Below, piece after piece: positions 1 to 11,481 of a DNA stretch of 64,000 nucleotides. Under the pieces are notes generated by a model that did no database searches, was not told where the DNA came from, and saw only the letters and a list, made by a program, of their open reading frames with translations. Where the stretch lies: contig OY820905.2 of assembly GCA_963555755.3 (NCBI GenBank), positions 2,208,001-2,272,000 of the forward strand, read 5' to 3'. The first letter of the stretch is position 1. Each line of letters opens with the position of its first letter. The DNA comes from Nitrospirales bacterium (GTDB lineage: Bacteria; Nitrospirota; Nitrospiria; Nitrospirales; UBA8639). A program made the translations under genes and the position numbers.

Positions 1-139
1 TTCACATTTGGGGGTGTTGAGACGCCTGTCTGGCAAGGCGCGAGGACTGCGCATACTCCTCGTATGGAAGGGACGAGCAACGCCGCCAGACGGGATGGAT
101 CGACGCCCAAAGATGTGAAGTTATTCTTGCGCGAACCCT
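1..139. mobile_element. MITE family A (about 160 bp), partial copy at window edge
   Basis: Near-identical to 35305-35463, 55548-55706 and the interrupted copy 31939-32260; terminal inverted repeat AGGGTTCGCGCAAGAATAACTT. Confidence 0.85.
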
Positions 140-162
140 AAGGAGGGAGGAGTGGAAATCCG

Positions 163-372
163 CTATTCGGAGCTTCCGAGCATATCATCCACCAAGGGCC
201 GGTTGAGATCCTCGCAACCTGGGCAAATGGTATCAAAGAGAGCTTCGTGGTCTTCCACGTAATTCTTGTCATCCACTAATTTTTCTTCGAGAACCTCTTG
301 GTAACATGACTCACACAACATCATGGGGCCTCGCATCAACGAAACAGTTTTCCGACCTTGACTTCCTGCCAT
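163..372 (-). CDS. Small hypothetical protein with two CxxC motifs (putative zinc ribbon)
   Basis: CESC and CPGC motifs; GAGG upstream of ATG. Confidence 0.6.
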   Translation of the reverse strand: MAGSQGRKTVSLMRGPMMLCESCYQEVLEEKLVDDKNYVEDHEALFDTICPGCEDLNRPLVDDMLGSSE

Positions 373-445
373 ACAACACCTCTAAAAATGGGTAACGAGT
401 GATGGATAAAGGGTAATAGCTCCTAGGCTTCACGCATTTACCAGC

Positions 446-640
446 TTATGACCACCCCCGCTGTTGGGCAAGCATAAAATCTTCGGTTTCCAGATCAATC
501 CCACAGTCTGGACATTCATATGGTTGATCAGGGGGAGGAACTGACAATGCGGAACTCTGGATACGACCCTGGCAAACGTGGTAATAATGGCCTCCGGATT
601 CCTCGGAATCCAAGGGTTCGTTTTCGTATTTTAAGATCAT
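446..640 (-). CDS. Small hypothetical protein, HxC...CPDC putative zinc ribbon
   Basis: YHVC...YECPDCG; AGAGGG RBS-like sequence upstream. Confidence 0.6.
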   Translation of the reverse strand: MILKYENEPLDSEESGGHYYHVCQGRIQSSALSVPPPDQPYECPDCGIDLETEDFMLAQQRGWS

Positions 641-692
641 AGGACATTCCCTCTGTAAAGATTAGACCCCGTTATAACAGGGCAAGGAAATC

Positions 693-2021
693 GTGCGCAA
701 TTCCGTGATGCCAGCCCCCTTCACACAAACCGGTACGACGACAAGAGTTTCCCATACCAACACATGTCGCAACTTATTGATTTCACAATGTTTTTTATTC
801 ACCAATCGACGATTTATTGACACAGCGTTGGCCCTGTTACTCATTTGGTCCCCATCCATTTCGGCTTTCGCCCTAGCGAAACCACCACCCAAAGCCAACA
901 TTTCACTTTTTCCTCTCGTGACCAAAGGTCTTGAACAACCTGTGTTTGTAACTCACTCAGGAGATCAGGGGCAACGACTGTTTATTGTGGAACAGGCCGG
1001 TCGAATTCGTATCCTGGAAAAGGGGAGACTTCTTCCCACCCCATTTTTAGACATCACCGACCGCGTCAACTTTGGTGGAGAGCAAGGGCTTCTCGGATTG
1101 GCGTTTCACCCACAATTTTCGAACAATGGCCGTTTTTTTGTGAACTACTCGCGGGCAACCGATGGAGCAACGGTGATCTCGGAGTTTCAGGTATCTGACA
1201 CGATCAATCTTGCACAACCCGCGGAAAAAATTCTCCTGGTCATTTCCCAGCCGTACGGTAACCACAATGGCGGGATGATCGCGTTTGGACCTGATGGATT
1301 CCTCTATATGGCCACCGGCGATGGCGGAGCCCGTGGAGATCCGGGTAATCGCGGGCAAAATCAAACAGAACTTCTGGGAAAAATTCTTCGGATCGATATC
1401 GACCATGGAGCCTCCTATTCCATACCAAAGGACAACCCCTTTGCGACGCAACAACACGGCCAAGAAATTTTTGCGTTTGGCTTTCGCAACCCATGGCGAT
1501 TTTCTTTTGACAACACCACCGGGGAGCTTTGGGCGGCGGACGTCGGACAGAATCGGTGGGAAGAAATTGACCGTGTGGAAAAGGGAAAAAACTACGGATG
1601 GCGGATCATGGAGGGGATGCATTGCTTCAAGCCTTCGACAGATTGCCCCCAAGTCGGCTTGACCCTGCCTATCGCGGAATATGCTAATGAATCCGGACGA
1701 TGCTCCATTACTGGCGGCTATGTATATCGAGGCCAGCAAATTCCTCACCTACAGGGTACCTATATTTTCGGCGATTACTGTAGCGGGGAAGTCATGGGAC
1801 TGGTGAATAATCGAGTCACCGTCTTTCTTTCGACGGGATTACGAATTGCGTCGTTTGGGGAAGATGCAACCGGAGAACTGTACGTCGTTGACCACGGAGG
1901 AGGGGTGTATCGGATTACGGGACCACTGGCAGCGAAGTTGGGGCAGGCCCAGTCAAGCCACAGGAGATCTGAATTACCCAAGACCACGCACGGAAGTGAG
2001 GAGCGCGACCTTTTTAAATAA
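693..2021 (+). CDS. PQQ-dependent sugar dehydrogenase (GSDH family, beta-propeller); true start probably downstream
   Basis: [39 protein letters not shown] motifs; hydrophobic signal-like segment. Confidence 0.9.
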   Translation: MRNSVMPAPFTQTGTTTRVSHTNTCRNLLISQCFLFTNRRFIDTALALLLIWSPSISAFALAKPPPKANISLFPLVTKGLEQPVFVTHSGDQGQRLFIVEQAGRIRILEKGRLLPTPFLDITDRVNFGGEQGLLGLAFHPQFSNNGRFFVNYSRATDGATVISEFQVSDTINLAQPAEKILLVISQPYGNHNGGMIAFGPDGFLYMATGDGGARGDPGNRGQNQTELLGKILRIDIDHGASYSIPKDNPFATQQHGQEIFAFGFRNPWRFSFDNTTGELWAADVGQNRWEEIDRVEKGKNYGWRIMEGMHCFKPSTDCPQVGLTLPIAEYANESGRCSITGGYVYRGQQIPHLQGTYIFGDYCSGEVMGLVNNRVTVFLSTGLRIASFGEDATGELYVVDHGGGVYRITGPLAAKLGQAQSSHRRSELPKTTHGSEERDLFK

Positions 2022-3023
2022 CTCAATCTCATCCAAGACTTTCCCCACCCCCAAGACCACCGAGGTGAGAGGATCATCAACCGTGATAATCGGCAAATTG
2101 GTTTCTTCTTGAAACCTCGTAGCCAATCCCGGAAGCATGGACCCGCCCCCGGTCAGGACAACTCCACGATCAATAATATCTCCTGCTAATTCCGGTGGGG
2201 TCTTTTCCAAAGACGTTCGAAGCGCATTGATAATCGCATGAATCGGTTCTTCTAACGCCTCGCGAATTTCCGCATCGTTGACGACCACGGTTCGCGGGAT
2301 ACCAGAAATCATGTCGCGGCCTTTGACCATCATCGTTTTTTGTTCTTCGAGCGGATAGGCCGATCCCACCTCCATTTTGACTTTTTCAGACATGTGTTCG
2401 CCGATGAGTAAATTATATCGGCGTTTGACATAGCTCATGATGGCCTCATCCATCTGGTCGCCAGCGACTTTCACGGATTCGCTACAAACAATGCCACCCA
2501 AGGAAATAACCGCGATATCGGTCGTTCCTCCTCCGATATCGACCACCATATTGCCAGATGGTTCGGTAATCGGCAGTCCAGCACCAATCGCCGCGGCCAC
2601 AGGCTCTTCAATCAAATAGACTTCACGAGCACCTGCATGCGTCGCGGATTCTCGCACGGCTCGCTGTTCAACTTCGGTGATACGTGAGGGAACACCAATG
2701 ATGCATCGTGGCCGCACAAACGAATTGCGATTGTGCGCTTTGGTAATAAAATACTTGAGCATCTTCTCCGTCATCCCAAAGTCGGCAATCACCCCCTCCT
2801 TAATTGGGCGAATGGCGACAATGTTGCCCGGTGTTCGGCCAACCATGCGCTTGGCTTCCACCCCAACGGCTAAGACCGTATTTGACTGCGTTTCAATGGC
2901 AACGACCGACGGCTCATTCAAAACGATACCATGCCCACGGACATACACGAGTGTCGTCGCCGTTCCAAGATCAATGGCCAAATCACTCGAAAACCAGCCT
3001 AACAGGTCACCGGCAAAACCCAC
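1974..3023 (-). CDS. mreB: Rod shape-determining protein MreB
   Basis: [19 protein letters not shown] and LTGGGSML actin-like ATPase motifs. Confidence 0.97.
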   Translation of the reverse strand: MGFAGDLLGWFSSDLAIDLGTATTLVYVRGHGIVLNEPSVVAIETQSNTVLAVGVEAKRMVGRTPGNIVAIRPIKEGVIADFGMTEKMLKYFITKAHNRNSFVRPRCIIGVPSRITEVEQRAVRESATHAGAREVYLIEEPVAAAIGAGLPITEPSGNMVVDIGGGTTDIAVISLGGIVCSESVKVAGDQMDEAIMSYVKRRYNLLIGEHMSEKVKMEVGSAYPLEEQKTMMVKGRDMISGIPRTVVVNDAEIREALEEPIHAIINALRTSLEKTPPELAGDIIDRGVVLTGGGSMLPGLATRFQEETNLPIITVDDPLTSVVLGVGKVLDEIELFKKVALLTSVRGLG

Positions 3024-3320
3024 GTGTGCTCCTTATAAAAATTGAGTGAGTCCTTCGCGTCAACATGAGAGTCGGGGAAACACAGCCACGAAAATGGCCC
3101 CACCCTTTCTCTCATACCTCCAGCTATCATGAATCCCATTCTCCCCGAAATGACGATTAAGTCAAGGATGAAATTACAATACCAATTGATTTGGCGCTTC
3201 CCCTTCCTAGCCGGGATATACGAATAGAAGCATTCTCAATCCGACCTTTCCTATAAATCAACCATAAAGAATTCGGGTTCCGGTTGACGGAATCGTCATA
3301 TCCTGATATTCCCCATACGC

Positions 3321-4760
3321 GTGAATAAAAAAACCGTGTTTTACCTGGTAGCGCTCGCTATCGTCACTGCCTACATTGTCCTTGTCGCCTCCATTCGTTG
3401 GGGTGACGATGCCCCTCCACGCATTTCCCTTGCACAGCCCTTCACGCAGGTTGGACCCACCACCCCTCTGTCCATTCGTATTGAAGATGAGGGTACCGGG
3501 CTTCAAGAGATTTCAGTCCGCCTGGTCCAAAACCTCGAGACGTACACTTTGGCCGAAGAACGCTTCCCCTCACACGGTGCAATCTCTTTAGAAGGCGGGA
3601 CACAACACCTCTATGAGCTTGACCTCATCCCTTTTGGGGACGACACCATCCCCAAACGCCGAGGGCCTGCCACGTTGATCATCTCGGCCCGAGACTTTTC
3701 CTGGCGTGGGTTTTTCGAAGGAAACTGGACACGTTTCAGTCAAGAATTCACTGTCAAATTCACTCCACCTCGATTGGAAACGTTATCCACGCCGTTGCCC
3801 ATTACCCAAGGAGGAACCAGTGTAATTTTCTACCGGACCTCCGACGATGCCAAACATTTTGGTGTTCAAATCGGCGAAGCTTTTTTCCCTGGCTACCCCA
3901 CACCTAACGAAAACCATAGTTATTTTTCCTTGATCGCCTTTCCTCACGACCTCTCAGCGAAAACACCCGTTCAGCTTGTCGCGGATGACGGGCTCGGCAA
4001 TAAGGCCGTCGAAACAGTGGACATCAAAGTCCTTCGAAAAAAATGGCGCGCACGAAATATTACAATCACGGACCGATTTATCACACGAATTGTGCGTCCC
4101 ATTATCGGACACACTGCAGGACTCGAAGACCAAGGCGATCCTCTCCGAAACTTTCTTGCCGTCAACCATGATTTGCGAGAAACCAATTCCAAGCAACTCA
4201 AGGACCTGGGGTCGACCAGCCAGTCCAAGTTCATGTGGGAAGGGGCCTTCGTCCAACTATCCAATTCCCAAGTGGAAGCGTTCTTTGCCGATCACCGCGA
4301 ATATGTCTATTCCGGAAAGGTCGTTGATACCCAGTATCATCTCGGGTTCGATCTCGCGGTCACCAAACACTACCCCGTCGAAGCGGCCAATAGTGGCGTG
4401 GTCGTCCTCGCAGAATACTTTGGAATTTATGGCAATACCATCGTGATCGACCACGGGTATGGGCTGCAATCGTTGTATGCTCATTTGTCGTCGTTTGCAG
4501 CCAAAAAGGGAGACTATGTGCGCAAAGGGCAAATGATTGCGAAATCAGGGATGACGGGTTTGGCTGGCGGAGATCATTTACACTTTAGTGTGCTGGTACA
4601 TGGGGTTCAGGTCAATCCGGTTGAATGGTGGGATCCGGATTGGGTGGAATCGCGCATCAGCGACCGACTTCGAAAAAATGAACCAGTCGATCCTGCGAGC
4701 CTACTCCCAGGGCAATTTCCTCCGCCGCCGTTTCCCTATGCTCCCCCACCCAAGTTCTAA
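3321..4760 (+). CDS. M23 family metallopeptidase with N-terminal anchor
   Basis: HLGFD, YAHL and HLHF zinc motifs; N-terminal transmembrane helix. Confidence 0.92.
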   Translation: MNKKTVFYLVALAIVTAYIVLVASIRWGDDAPPRISLAQPFTQVGPTTPLSIRIEDEGTGLQEISVRLVQNLETYTLAEERFPSHGAISLEGGTQHLYELDLIPFGDDTIPKRRGPATLIISARDFSWRGFFEGNWTRFSQEFTVKFTPPRLETLSTPLPITQGGTSVIFYRTSDDAKHFGVQIGEAFFPGYPTPNENHSYFSLIAFPHDLSAKTPVQLVADDGLGNKAVETVDIKVLRKKWRARNITITDRFITRIVRPIIGHTAGLEDQGDPLRNFLAVNHDLRETNSKQLKDLGSTSQSKFMWEGAFVQLSNSQVEAFFADHREYVYSGKVVDTQYHLGFDLAVTKHYPVEAANSGVVVLAEYFGIYGNTIVIDHGYGLQSLYAHLSSFAAKKGDYVRKGQMIAKSGMTGLAGGDHLHFSVLVHGVQVNPVEWWDPDWVESRISDRLRKNEPVDPASLLPGQFPPPPFPYAPPPKF

Positions 4761-4884
4761 GCAGGATGTTGCAAAAGTCCGCCAGCGGCGTTCTCGGCCC
4801 TTTGTCGTGCTCACGTACTGACGTACGCTCCGCGCGGCAAAGCGCCTGCGGCCTTGCTGGACGGGCCTTTTTCAACATCCTGCT
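4760..4884. mobile_element. MITE family C
   Basis: Inverted ends AGCAGGATGTTG.AAAAG / CTTTTTCAACATCCTGCT; core shared with copies at 30029, 35000, 35936, 38121, 45313 and 50840. Confidence 0.8.
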
Positions 4885-4942
4885 CGGCATTTAATCGTCT
4901 AGGATTTTTCAAATAGGATGAACAACTTCTAAGATTTTTTTA

Positions 4943-7378
4943 ATGGCACGATCCAAATCACGCACTCCTACTAATGGGAATACCGTTCGAGAGCACGTCA
5001 CCACGGTGCCGCTCGAGGAAACGACCCGGCAGCGGTATCTGAACTACGCGTTGTCCGTGATTACCTCTCGTGCCTTGCCTGATGTGCGGGACGGTCTTAA
5101 GCCCGTGCAACGGCGCATTTTGTTTTCAATGTTTCACAACCACCGGTTGACACCCGACCGCCCGCCCATCAAAAGCGCGAAAGTTGTGGGATCGGTGATT
5201 GGTGAATGGCATCCCCACGGCGATTCCGCGGTCTACGATGCCATGGCCCGAATGGCGCAATGGTGGTCCCTCCGAGCCCCTCTTGTTGATGGCCATGGCA
5301 ACTTCGGGAGCCTCGATGGCGACCGGCCCGCAGCCTATCGGTATACCGAAGTCAAACTCACGCCCATTGCAGTAGAGCTCCTCACCGAATTGAATAAAGA
5401 CACCGTCGATTTTCAGCCCAATTACGATGGCAAAGACAAAGAGCCAACGATACTGCCCGCGCGATTCCCAAACTTATTAGTCAATGGATCCACTGGCATT
5501 GCCGTGGGCATGGCCACGAACATTCCGCCGCATAATCTGAGCGAAGTGATCGAAGCCGCCATTGCCCTGATCAACGACCGCACGGCCACAGTGTCCGATC
5601 TCATGAAATCGATCAAAGGACCAGATTTCTCCACTGGCGGGGAAATACTGAACAACCGAGCCGAGCTGCGAGAAATTTATGAAACCGGCCAAGGATCGGT
5701 TCGCTTGCGCGGGGAATTTACGGTACTCCAACAATCATCTGGCCCATCAGAAATTTTGATCACCTCAATACCCTTTGCCGTGGACAAAGCCACGATTGTG
5801 GAACGCATTGGCGAACTCATCGGGGCCAGAAAGGTACCACAGTTAGTCGATGTCCGGGATGACTCTACCACCGATGTCCAAATTGTATTGGAGCTTCAGA
5901 AGGATGCCGATCCCAACCTGGCCATGGCCTATCTGTTTAAAAACACACCACTCCAAAATAATTTTTCCGTCAATCTCACGTGTCTCATTCCCACAACCGG
6001 CGCCGCCACGTCACGACCGCAATGCCTGAACCTCAAAGACATACTCGAACAGTTTATCGACTTTCGCTTTGAAACCGTCAAACGCCGCTTTTCCTATGAC
6101 CTGAGAATCTTAGAACAACGCATTCACATTCTGGCGGGTTTCAAAACCATTTTCGATGCACTCGACCAGGTGCTCAAAATAGTCAGGCAAAGTGATGGCA
6201 AGACCGACTCTGCTGAAAAACTGAAACACCGTTTTCAACTCGACGACCTCCAAACCAACGCGATTTTAGAAACACCGATCTATAAGCTCTCTCGCACCGA
6301 AATCAAAAAGATGCTCGATGAGCTGGCCGACAAAAAGAAGCAAGCCAAGGACCTACAAGTCCTCCTCGCTTCAAAAACAAAATTATGGAATACCGTGAAG
6401 AAAGAGCTCCAAGACATCGCCAAGACGTTCGGAGACAAACGCCGAACCAAAGTCGGTCGTCGCCAAACCGAAGAAATTGAATTCGATCCTGATGCCTATA
6501 TCGTCAAAGAAGACGCGGTCATCACCGTGTCCACCGATGGATGGATTCGCCGCGTCGGCATGGTCAAGGACTTGTCGAAAACCCGGCTACGAGAAGGCGA
6601 CAACCTGCTCACCGCCATGATCGCCAGCACTATCGACACCGTCGTGTTCTTCTCCAACTTCGGCAGCGCCTACACCATTCGCATAGGCGACATTCCAGCA
6701 GCTCGAAGTGGATACGGAGACCCCGCGCAAAAATTGTTCAAATTTAAAGATGGCGAACGCATTATCGCGGGGCTGAGCCTAGACCCAAGATTCTACGCTG
6801 TGCCACCAGAACCCAAGAAAAAAATAGCCCACGTGCTCCCGCTATTCGATGGACTCACAGCAGGAGGACACGAACCCGTCTCTTTGGGACAAGTCATGGC
6901 CGTGTCATCGGCTGGAATGGGAGTGCGCTTCGACCTAGTCTCCTTCAAAGAACCCTCAACTCGACTGGGCCGGAAATTCATGAAGGTTCGAGAAGGTGAA
7001 GAAGTCGTCACTATTGAAGCGTTGAGCTTCTCTTCAAAAACGCCCATCCTCGCAGTCGCCACTCAACGCGGCCGCGTGTTGCTCTGCAAGGCTGAAGAAG
7101 TTGGGGTTCTCTCCGGACCTGGGCGAGGCGTCACCGTGATAAAACTGGATTCAGCGGATCGTCTGTTAGCGGCTCGCCTGCTCTATCAAAAAGATGATCA
7201 ATTGGTGGCATTCAAACAAGAAGGCAGCAAATTGCCCATCACCATCCGAAGATACCAAACCGTTGGTCGCGGTGGTAAAGGCCATGCAATGTTTAAACGC
7301 GGTAGCCTCAAAGGCGTGCTAACCCCACCCGTCGAACTTCCCGTCCTCGATTCAGAAAATTCCAAAAACGGCAATTGA
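4943..7378 (+). CDS. parC: Type IIA topoisomerase subunit A (ParC-like, GyrA paralogue)
   Basis: RALPDVRDGLKPVQRR, HPHGD, catalytic AAYRYT, MATNIPPHN; no canonical GyrA-box at the start of the CTD. Confidence 0.8.
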   Translation: MARSKSRTPTNGNTVREHVTTVPLEETTRQRYLNYALSVITSRALPDVRDGLKPVQRRILFSMFHNHRLTPDRPPIKSAKVVGSVIGEWHPHGDSAVYDAMARMAQWWSLRAPLVDGHGNFGSLDGDRPAAYRYTEVKLTPIAVELLTELNKDTVDFQPNYDGKDKEPTILPARFPNLLVNGSTGIAVGMATNIPPHNLSEVIEAAIALINDRTATVSDLMKSIKGPDFSTGGEILNNRAELREIYETGQGSVRLRGEFTVLQQSSGPSEILITSIPFAVDKATIVERIGELIGARKVPQLVDVRDDSTTDVQIVLELQKDADPNLAMAYLFKNTPLQNNFSVNLTCLIPTTGAATSRPQCLNLKDILEQFIDFRFETVKRRFSYDLRILEQRIHILAGFKTIFDALDQVLKIVRQSDGKTDSAEKLKHRFQLDDLQTNAILETPIYKLSRTEIKKMLDELADKKKQAKDLQVLLASKTKLWNTVKKELQDIAKTFGDKRRTKVGRRQTEEIEFDPDAYIVKEDAVITVSTDGWIRRVGMVKDLSKTRLREGDNLLTAMIASTIDTVVFFSNFGSAYTIRIGDIPAARSGYGDPAQKLFKFKDGERIIAGLSLDPRFYAVPPEPKKKIAHVLPLFDGLTAGGHEPVSLGQVMAVSSAGMGVRFDLVSFKEPSTRLGRKFMKVREGEEVVTIEALSFSSKTPILAVATQRGRVLLCKAEEVGVLSGPGRGVTVIKLDSADRLLAARLLYQKDDQLVAFKQEGSKLPITIRRYQTVGRGGKGHAMFKRGSLKGVLTPPVELPVLDSENSKNGN

Positions 7379-7587
7379 GCTTAGGACCTGCGAGAAAATA
7401 ACTTGAACAATCTCGCATCCAATCTTCGGGCCATCTTTGAACGAGCCTCAATCGAAAAACCCTCAACATCGCTGTGCTATGCCTCAAGTTTTTCTCGATC
7501 GTTCCGTCCAAATCCGACCCAAATCTTGGCGCGATATTGATCAAGTTATTTTCTCGCAGGTCCTTAGGCCTGCTACAACTCAACCCC

Positions 7588-7790
7588 GTCATTCCCGATA
7601 TTTTTAATCGGGAATCCAGGTTTGTCCTTCTGTCATGTCGACCCCTGGGAGAAATCTGTAGTTCGGCCACCTATGAGATTTCTTGCTCTGCTCGAAATGA
7701 CAAAAGAAAAGCGTTGGGCGTGGCGGAGCCGGAGTCCAGAATCGACTTTTCGGCGAGGGCTGTTTGAGCCCTTCGACAAGACTCAGAATA
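7588..7790. repeat. Cluster of short REP-like palindromes
   Basis: GTCATTCCCGA..TCGGGAATCC, TGTCATGTCGA...TCGAAATGACA and CCCTTCGACAAGACTCAG; related motifs at 24912-24940 and 60365-60441. Confidence 0.6.
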
Positions 7791-8036
7791 GACTCCGCGA
7801 GTTCCCGAGCCATCTTGACCTGTCCTTGTATGATTCAAAGAAGGGTTGTGGCCCAAACCCCATGAGCCGCCTTTTGACTGAAGAGCGGGTAGCGAACGAG
7901 GGCAAAGACAACGAGGTTCCACCAATTCTTTTGATATTTGGGATTGACGGCTGCACACATGACGGCCATGCCGTCAATGTTGTTGAAAAACTTCCACACG
8001 GTGAGATAGTTCACGACCCCGCCTATGCAGGTACCT

Positions 8037-8177
8037 GGGTACCTCTAAAAACCAGGCATTTTATGTGAGGGCAAGGAAGCCGCGCGCGGAAAACCGGAAT
8101 GTATGGGCGAATACATGAGGATTTGAGCACGCGGCTGACGTCGCCATCACGGAAAAGGACGGTTTTTAGAGGTGCCC
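8037..8177. mobile_element. MITE family D (141 bp)
   Basis: TIR GGGCACCTCTAAAAACC; 7 copies in the window. Confidence 0.9.
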
Positions 8178-8310
8178 TTATAGTAGTGTCCGATGCCGTA
8201 TGCCACCTGGGTCCAGCCTTTCTCGGTAGGACTTCCCTTCGTCACCCGAAAAAAGGAAGGTCCACTAGCCGTGGCCAAGTGAGCCTTCCACAGGAGAGGA
8301 TGCAACATAA

Positions 8311-8451
8311 GGGCACCTCTAAAAACCAGGCATTTTTTGTGAGGGCAAGGAAGCCGCGCGCGGAAAACCGGAGTGTATGGGCGAATACATGAGGATTTGA
8401 GCACGCGGCTAACGCCGCCATCACGGAAAAGGACGGTTTTTAGAGGTGCCC
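8311..8451. mobile_element. MITE family D
   Basis: Same TIRs; flanked by ATAA/ATAA target duplication. Confidence 0.92.
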
Positions 8452-8566
8452 ATAAGGTTACTGTCCCATAGAACCGCTGACAGATCGATACGCCATTTAT
8501 CGCATAGCGCGACGGCCCGTTCCATGAGATTCTGCCAATTACTACGAAGAAAGGAGGTCAAGGTAA

Positions 8567-8749
8567 ATGAAAGCAGAAACGACGGTCAAAATTAAAGCCT
8601 TGCCAGAATGTATCCGATGCCAAGGCTCGTTAGTCTTGGATCGTGAGCAGGATTTGATCACCGGTTTAACTCTCACCGTGCTGTTGTGTATCAACTGCGG
8701 TTGTCGAACCCCAATAATGAAAAATCCCCTACCGCTCTATCAAAATTAA
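8567..8749 (+). CDS. Small CxxC...CxxC hypothetical protein
   Basis: AAGGAGG RBS; CIRC...CINCG; resembles 35494-35718. Confidence 0.7.
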   Translation: MKAETTVKIKALPECIRCQGSLVLDREQDLITGLTLTVLLCINCGCRTPIMKNPLPLYQN

Positions 8750-8894
8750 ATGCCCAGGGGAAGACTCTATTGTGCAAAAGGAGTCTTCGGTCTATCGATC
8801 CAGGTTCGTCTTTCTCATTGAAAAAAATTGGGGGAGATCTCAACGAGGCTTTCCTCGATCCCAAATACACAACTGCTACTATGAGGGGATGAGC

Positions 8895-8906
8895 TTGGGG
8901 TGAGTG
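8895..8906. other. Short att-like copy of the tRNA-His 3' end
   Basis: TTGGGGTGAGTG is identical to 28636-28647; reads on as WGEWVNDYRTFL, resembling recombinase C-termini at att junctions. Confidence 0.5.
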
Positions 8907-9103
8907 GGTGAACGATTATCGAACTTTTCTTCAAGCTCAACCTGATCTCTCAGGGATCGAGTTACTAGCCGCATAATAACCGAAGGTATTGTCAACTTAA
9001 GCCAGATGGGCTGACTGAACGTGTGAAGCGCACAGCGTAATCCCTGATAAATCAATGAATTATCTCAAGACGAATTGTGTGCTTAGGGCGGAATTTTCGT
9101 TAA

Positions 9104-9244
9104 GGGCACCTCTAAAAACCAGGCATTTTTTGTGAGGGCAAGGAAGCCACGCGCGGAAAACCGGAGTGTATGGGCGAATACATGAGGATTTGAGCACGCG
9201 GCTGACGCCGCCATCACGGAAAAGGACGGTTTTTAGAGGTGCCC
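9104..9244. mobile_element. MITE family D
   Basis: TIRs; TTAA/TTAA target duplication. Confidence 0.92.
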
Positions 9245-9264
9245 TTAAGTTGATAATACCCCTG

Positions 9265-9813
9265 CTAGGGTCTACTGATGCTCTTGAAAATGGCCGGCCG
9301 CTCGGAACCCTTTATCGATAGAACGCCCACCGCGCCTTTCGCCACATTAAAAATGGCGTTGTCAATGAGGAGTACCTGTCCAGGGGCATCGACTTTGAAT
9401 TCCGCAATGGCCGTTCCACCAACCGGAACGAGGATAGTCGCCACATTGCGATGGATGGTTCCATTGACATAGACCCTGTCGAATATCTCACCCAGGATGT
9501 GGAACGAGGATGGCCGGCTTGGCCCCATATTTCCAAAATAGAGCCTCACGGTTTCCCCCACATTGGCGGTGAGAGCTCGCTCACCCGTAAGCGCCCATTT
9601 CTCCCCGTTAAACACAACGTAGTCCGGCTGCCCGACCATTCCTTTTTGGATATACAACTCGAATTCACCTTCAATTTGAGTTGGTTTGATAAAGAATTCA
9701 CTCTGGACCACGAAATACTCTCTATCCACTTTGGACAAGCCTTTGGAAGGTTCAACCAAAATCAAGCCATACATGCCATTGGCCACGTGGGCCGGAATTC
9801 CAGGAATGGGTGA
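9265..9813 (-). pseudogene. nirK: Copper-containing nitrite reductase (NirK-like), 5'-truncated
   Basis: PAHVANGMYGLILVEP, DREYFVVQSEF, VVFNG, SSFHILGEIFD; frame ends upstream at the REP-like element. Confidence 0.8.
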
Positions 9814-9841
9814 AAAGAAAAGGGGTCAAAAAGGAAAAGAA

Positions 9842-9982
9842 AAGGGGTCAAATCTTTGGTTGAGAGTTTCGCTTCAAACTCCTCGCCGCTCTTGCATCCA
9901 CTGCTTTTTTCTGGGAGCGCCATCTTCTCTTCCGAGCAGGGGGCGTAATCTAAAGTTTTAGTCAACCAAAGATTTGACCCCT
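9842..9982. mobile_element. REPIN/MITE family E (141 bp) with stuttered extra ends at 9811-9841 and 9983-9996
   Basis: TIR AGGGGTCAAATCTTTGGTTGA; near-identical copies at 18061-18200 and 18343-18482. Confidence 0.85.
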
Positions 9983-10008
9983 TTTTGACCCCTTTTAAAA
10001 GAAAAGAA

Positions 10009-11110
10009 CGCGGATTCATATAATAAGTGCAATTTCTCTCACCACCCGAATTGGGTAGGATGAGGGGCTAAACCAATTCATGTTACCGGAGGAATTGCAC
10101 CTATGAAACACTACAAACACCTATGCAATGAAGAACGGTTTTACATCTGGCAAGCGCTGCGAGAAGGGAACACGCAACAGCAGATTGCTGAGACCCTTGG
10201 CCGGTCCCCCTCAACACTTAGTCGAGAACTCAAACGGAATACCTATCCGCAGTGTCATGTGTATACCTATCACTGGGCCAGGCAGATCGTGAAACATCGA
10301 AAACACGACGCGAATCGACAGAAGTCTCGCACGCTCACGGATGAACACGCGCAATTGATCACACAGCTCGTTCGGCAATACTTAAGCCCGGAGCAAGTCA
10401 GTGGGTATCTCAAACAGCATCATGCTCTGAGCCTCAGTCACGAAACGATTTATCGGTTCATCTACAGTGATGGCACCCGAAAAGCGGAATTGCAACCGTT
10501 TCTTCGTCAAGGGGGGCGCCATCGCCGCAAGCGATATGGCTCAGGCGCTCGCGCCTCCTGTATCCCCAATCGCAACTCGATCACGGAGCGTCCCCACGAA
10601 GTGGACAAGAAAGAACGCCTCGGGGATTGGGAGTGTGATACGGTAATTGGGAAAGATCGAAAAAGCGTGCTGGTGACGGTGGTAGACCGAGCCTCCTTGT
10701 ATACGGTCTGCTCTCGAGTCTTGAGTCGGTCCGCCCACGTATTGAGCCAAGCCATCATCCCACTCCTTCGCCCCTTCAAAGAGCGTGTGAAGACCCTCAC
10801 CTTTGATAATGGCTCAGAGTTTGTGAAACATGAACGAATTGCCTGCGCCCTTGAGGCCACCACCTTTTTTGCCCATCCCTATTCCTCCTGGGAACGAGGC
10901 ATCAATGAAAACACCCATGGACTTCTGCGACAGTTTTTCCCGAAGCGAACAGACTTTAGCAAGATATCATGGCACCAGGTACAGGAGGCGGTCGCCCATC
11001 TCAATAACCGTCCCAGAAAAACACGGGGGTATCGAACCCCCAACCAACTTTTCAACAATCACTTCGTCCCACTGATTAAGAAATGATTGCACTTACTACT
11101 TGAATTCAAG
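10009..11110 (+). mobile_element. IS30 family insertion sequence
   Basis: Imperfect 24-bp TIRs ending TAAGTGCAA flank the transposase. Confidence 0.85.
10103..11086 (+). CDS. IS30 family transposase
   Basis: HTH (LGRSPSTLSRELKRN), GDWECDT, DNGSEF, PYSSWERGINEN. Confidence 0.95.
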   Translation: MKHYKHLCNEERFYIWQALREGNTQQQIAETLGRSPSTLSRELKRNTYPQCHVYTYHWARQIVKHRKHDANRQKSRTLTDEHAQLITQLVRQYLSPEQVSGYLKQHHALSLSHETIYRFIYSDGTRKAELQPFLRQGGRHRRKRYGSGARASCIPNRNSITERPHEVDKKERLGDWECDTVIGKDRKSVLVTVVDRASLYTVCSRVLSRSAHVLSQAIIPLLRPFKERVKTLTFDNGSEFVKHERIACALEATTFFAHPYSSWERGINENTHGLLRQFFPKRTDFSKISWHQVQEAVAHLNNRPRKTRGYRTPNQLFNNHFVPLIKK

Positions 11111-11481
11111 TTCCTATTCGCCCAATTCACGAACGGGGATAATGCGGCCAAAAAGTTGATAGGCCCAATCATCGTTGAACGCACTCCTGGGATCCCGCTA
11201 GAAGGTCACCTCCCCACCCGCAAAGAACCCGTCGAAGCCCAGGTCCGACGCATTGTCGACCAATCGGCCCTGGCTGCCACGATCAACAAACTCGATGACC
11301 TCGACCACGTTGAACCAGTTCTGGAACTCGTAGCCGCCGCGGAGGCGAAACACCCACCCGTTCTCGGAGTCCCACTCCCACCCCGCACCGATCGCCGCTT
11401 CGAGGACTGGAACGATCACATTCCTCAAGTCGCGACTCATGTCGACATAGAGCCCATTCCCGCCCACATCGTTTTGTCTGA

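Noticed and set aside
1047..1748. Long antisense or alternate-frame ORFs (also 12036-12968, 34486-35232, 62323-63072)
   Set aside because: Shadow frames of well-supported genes with no recognisable motifs.
7850..8005. Short minus-strand reading frame between repeats
   Set aside because: Under 60 aa, no recognisable motif; cannot be distinguished from gene debris.
8099..8424. ORFs overlapping MITEs here and at 4657, 18043, 32111, 35800, 51747, 53405 and 55392
   Set aside because: They are translations of repeated non-coding elements, giving the same peptides at multiple sites.
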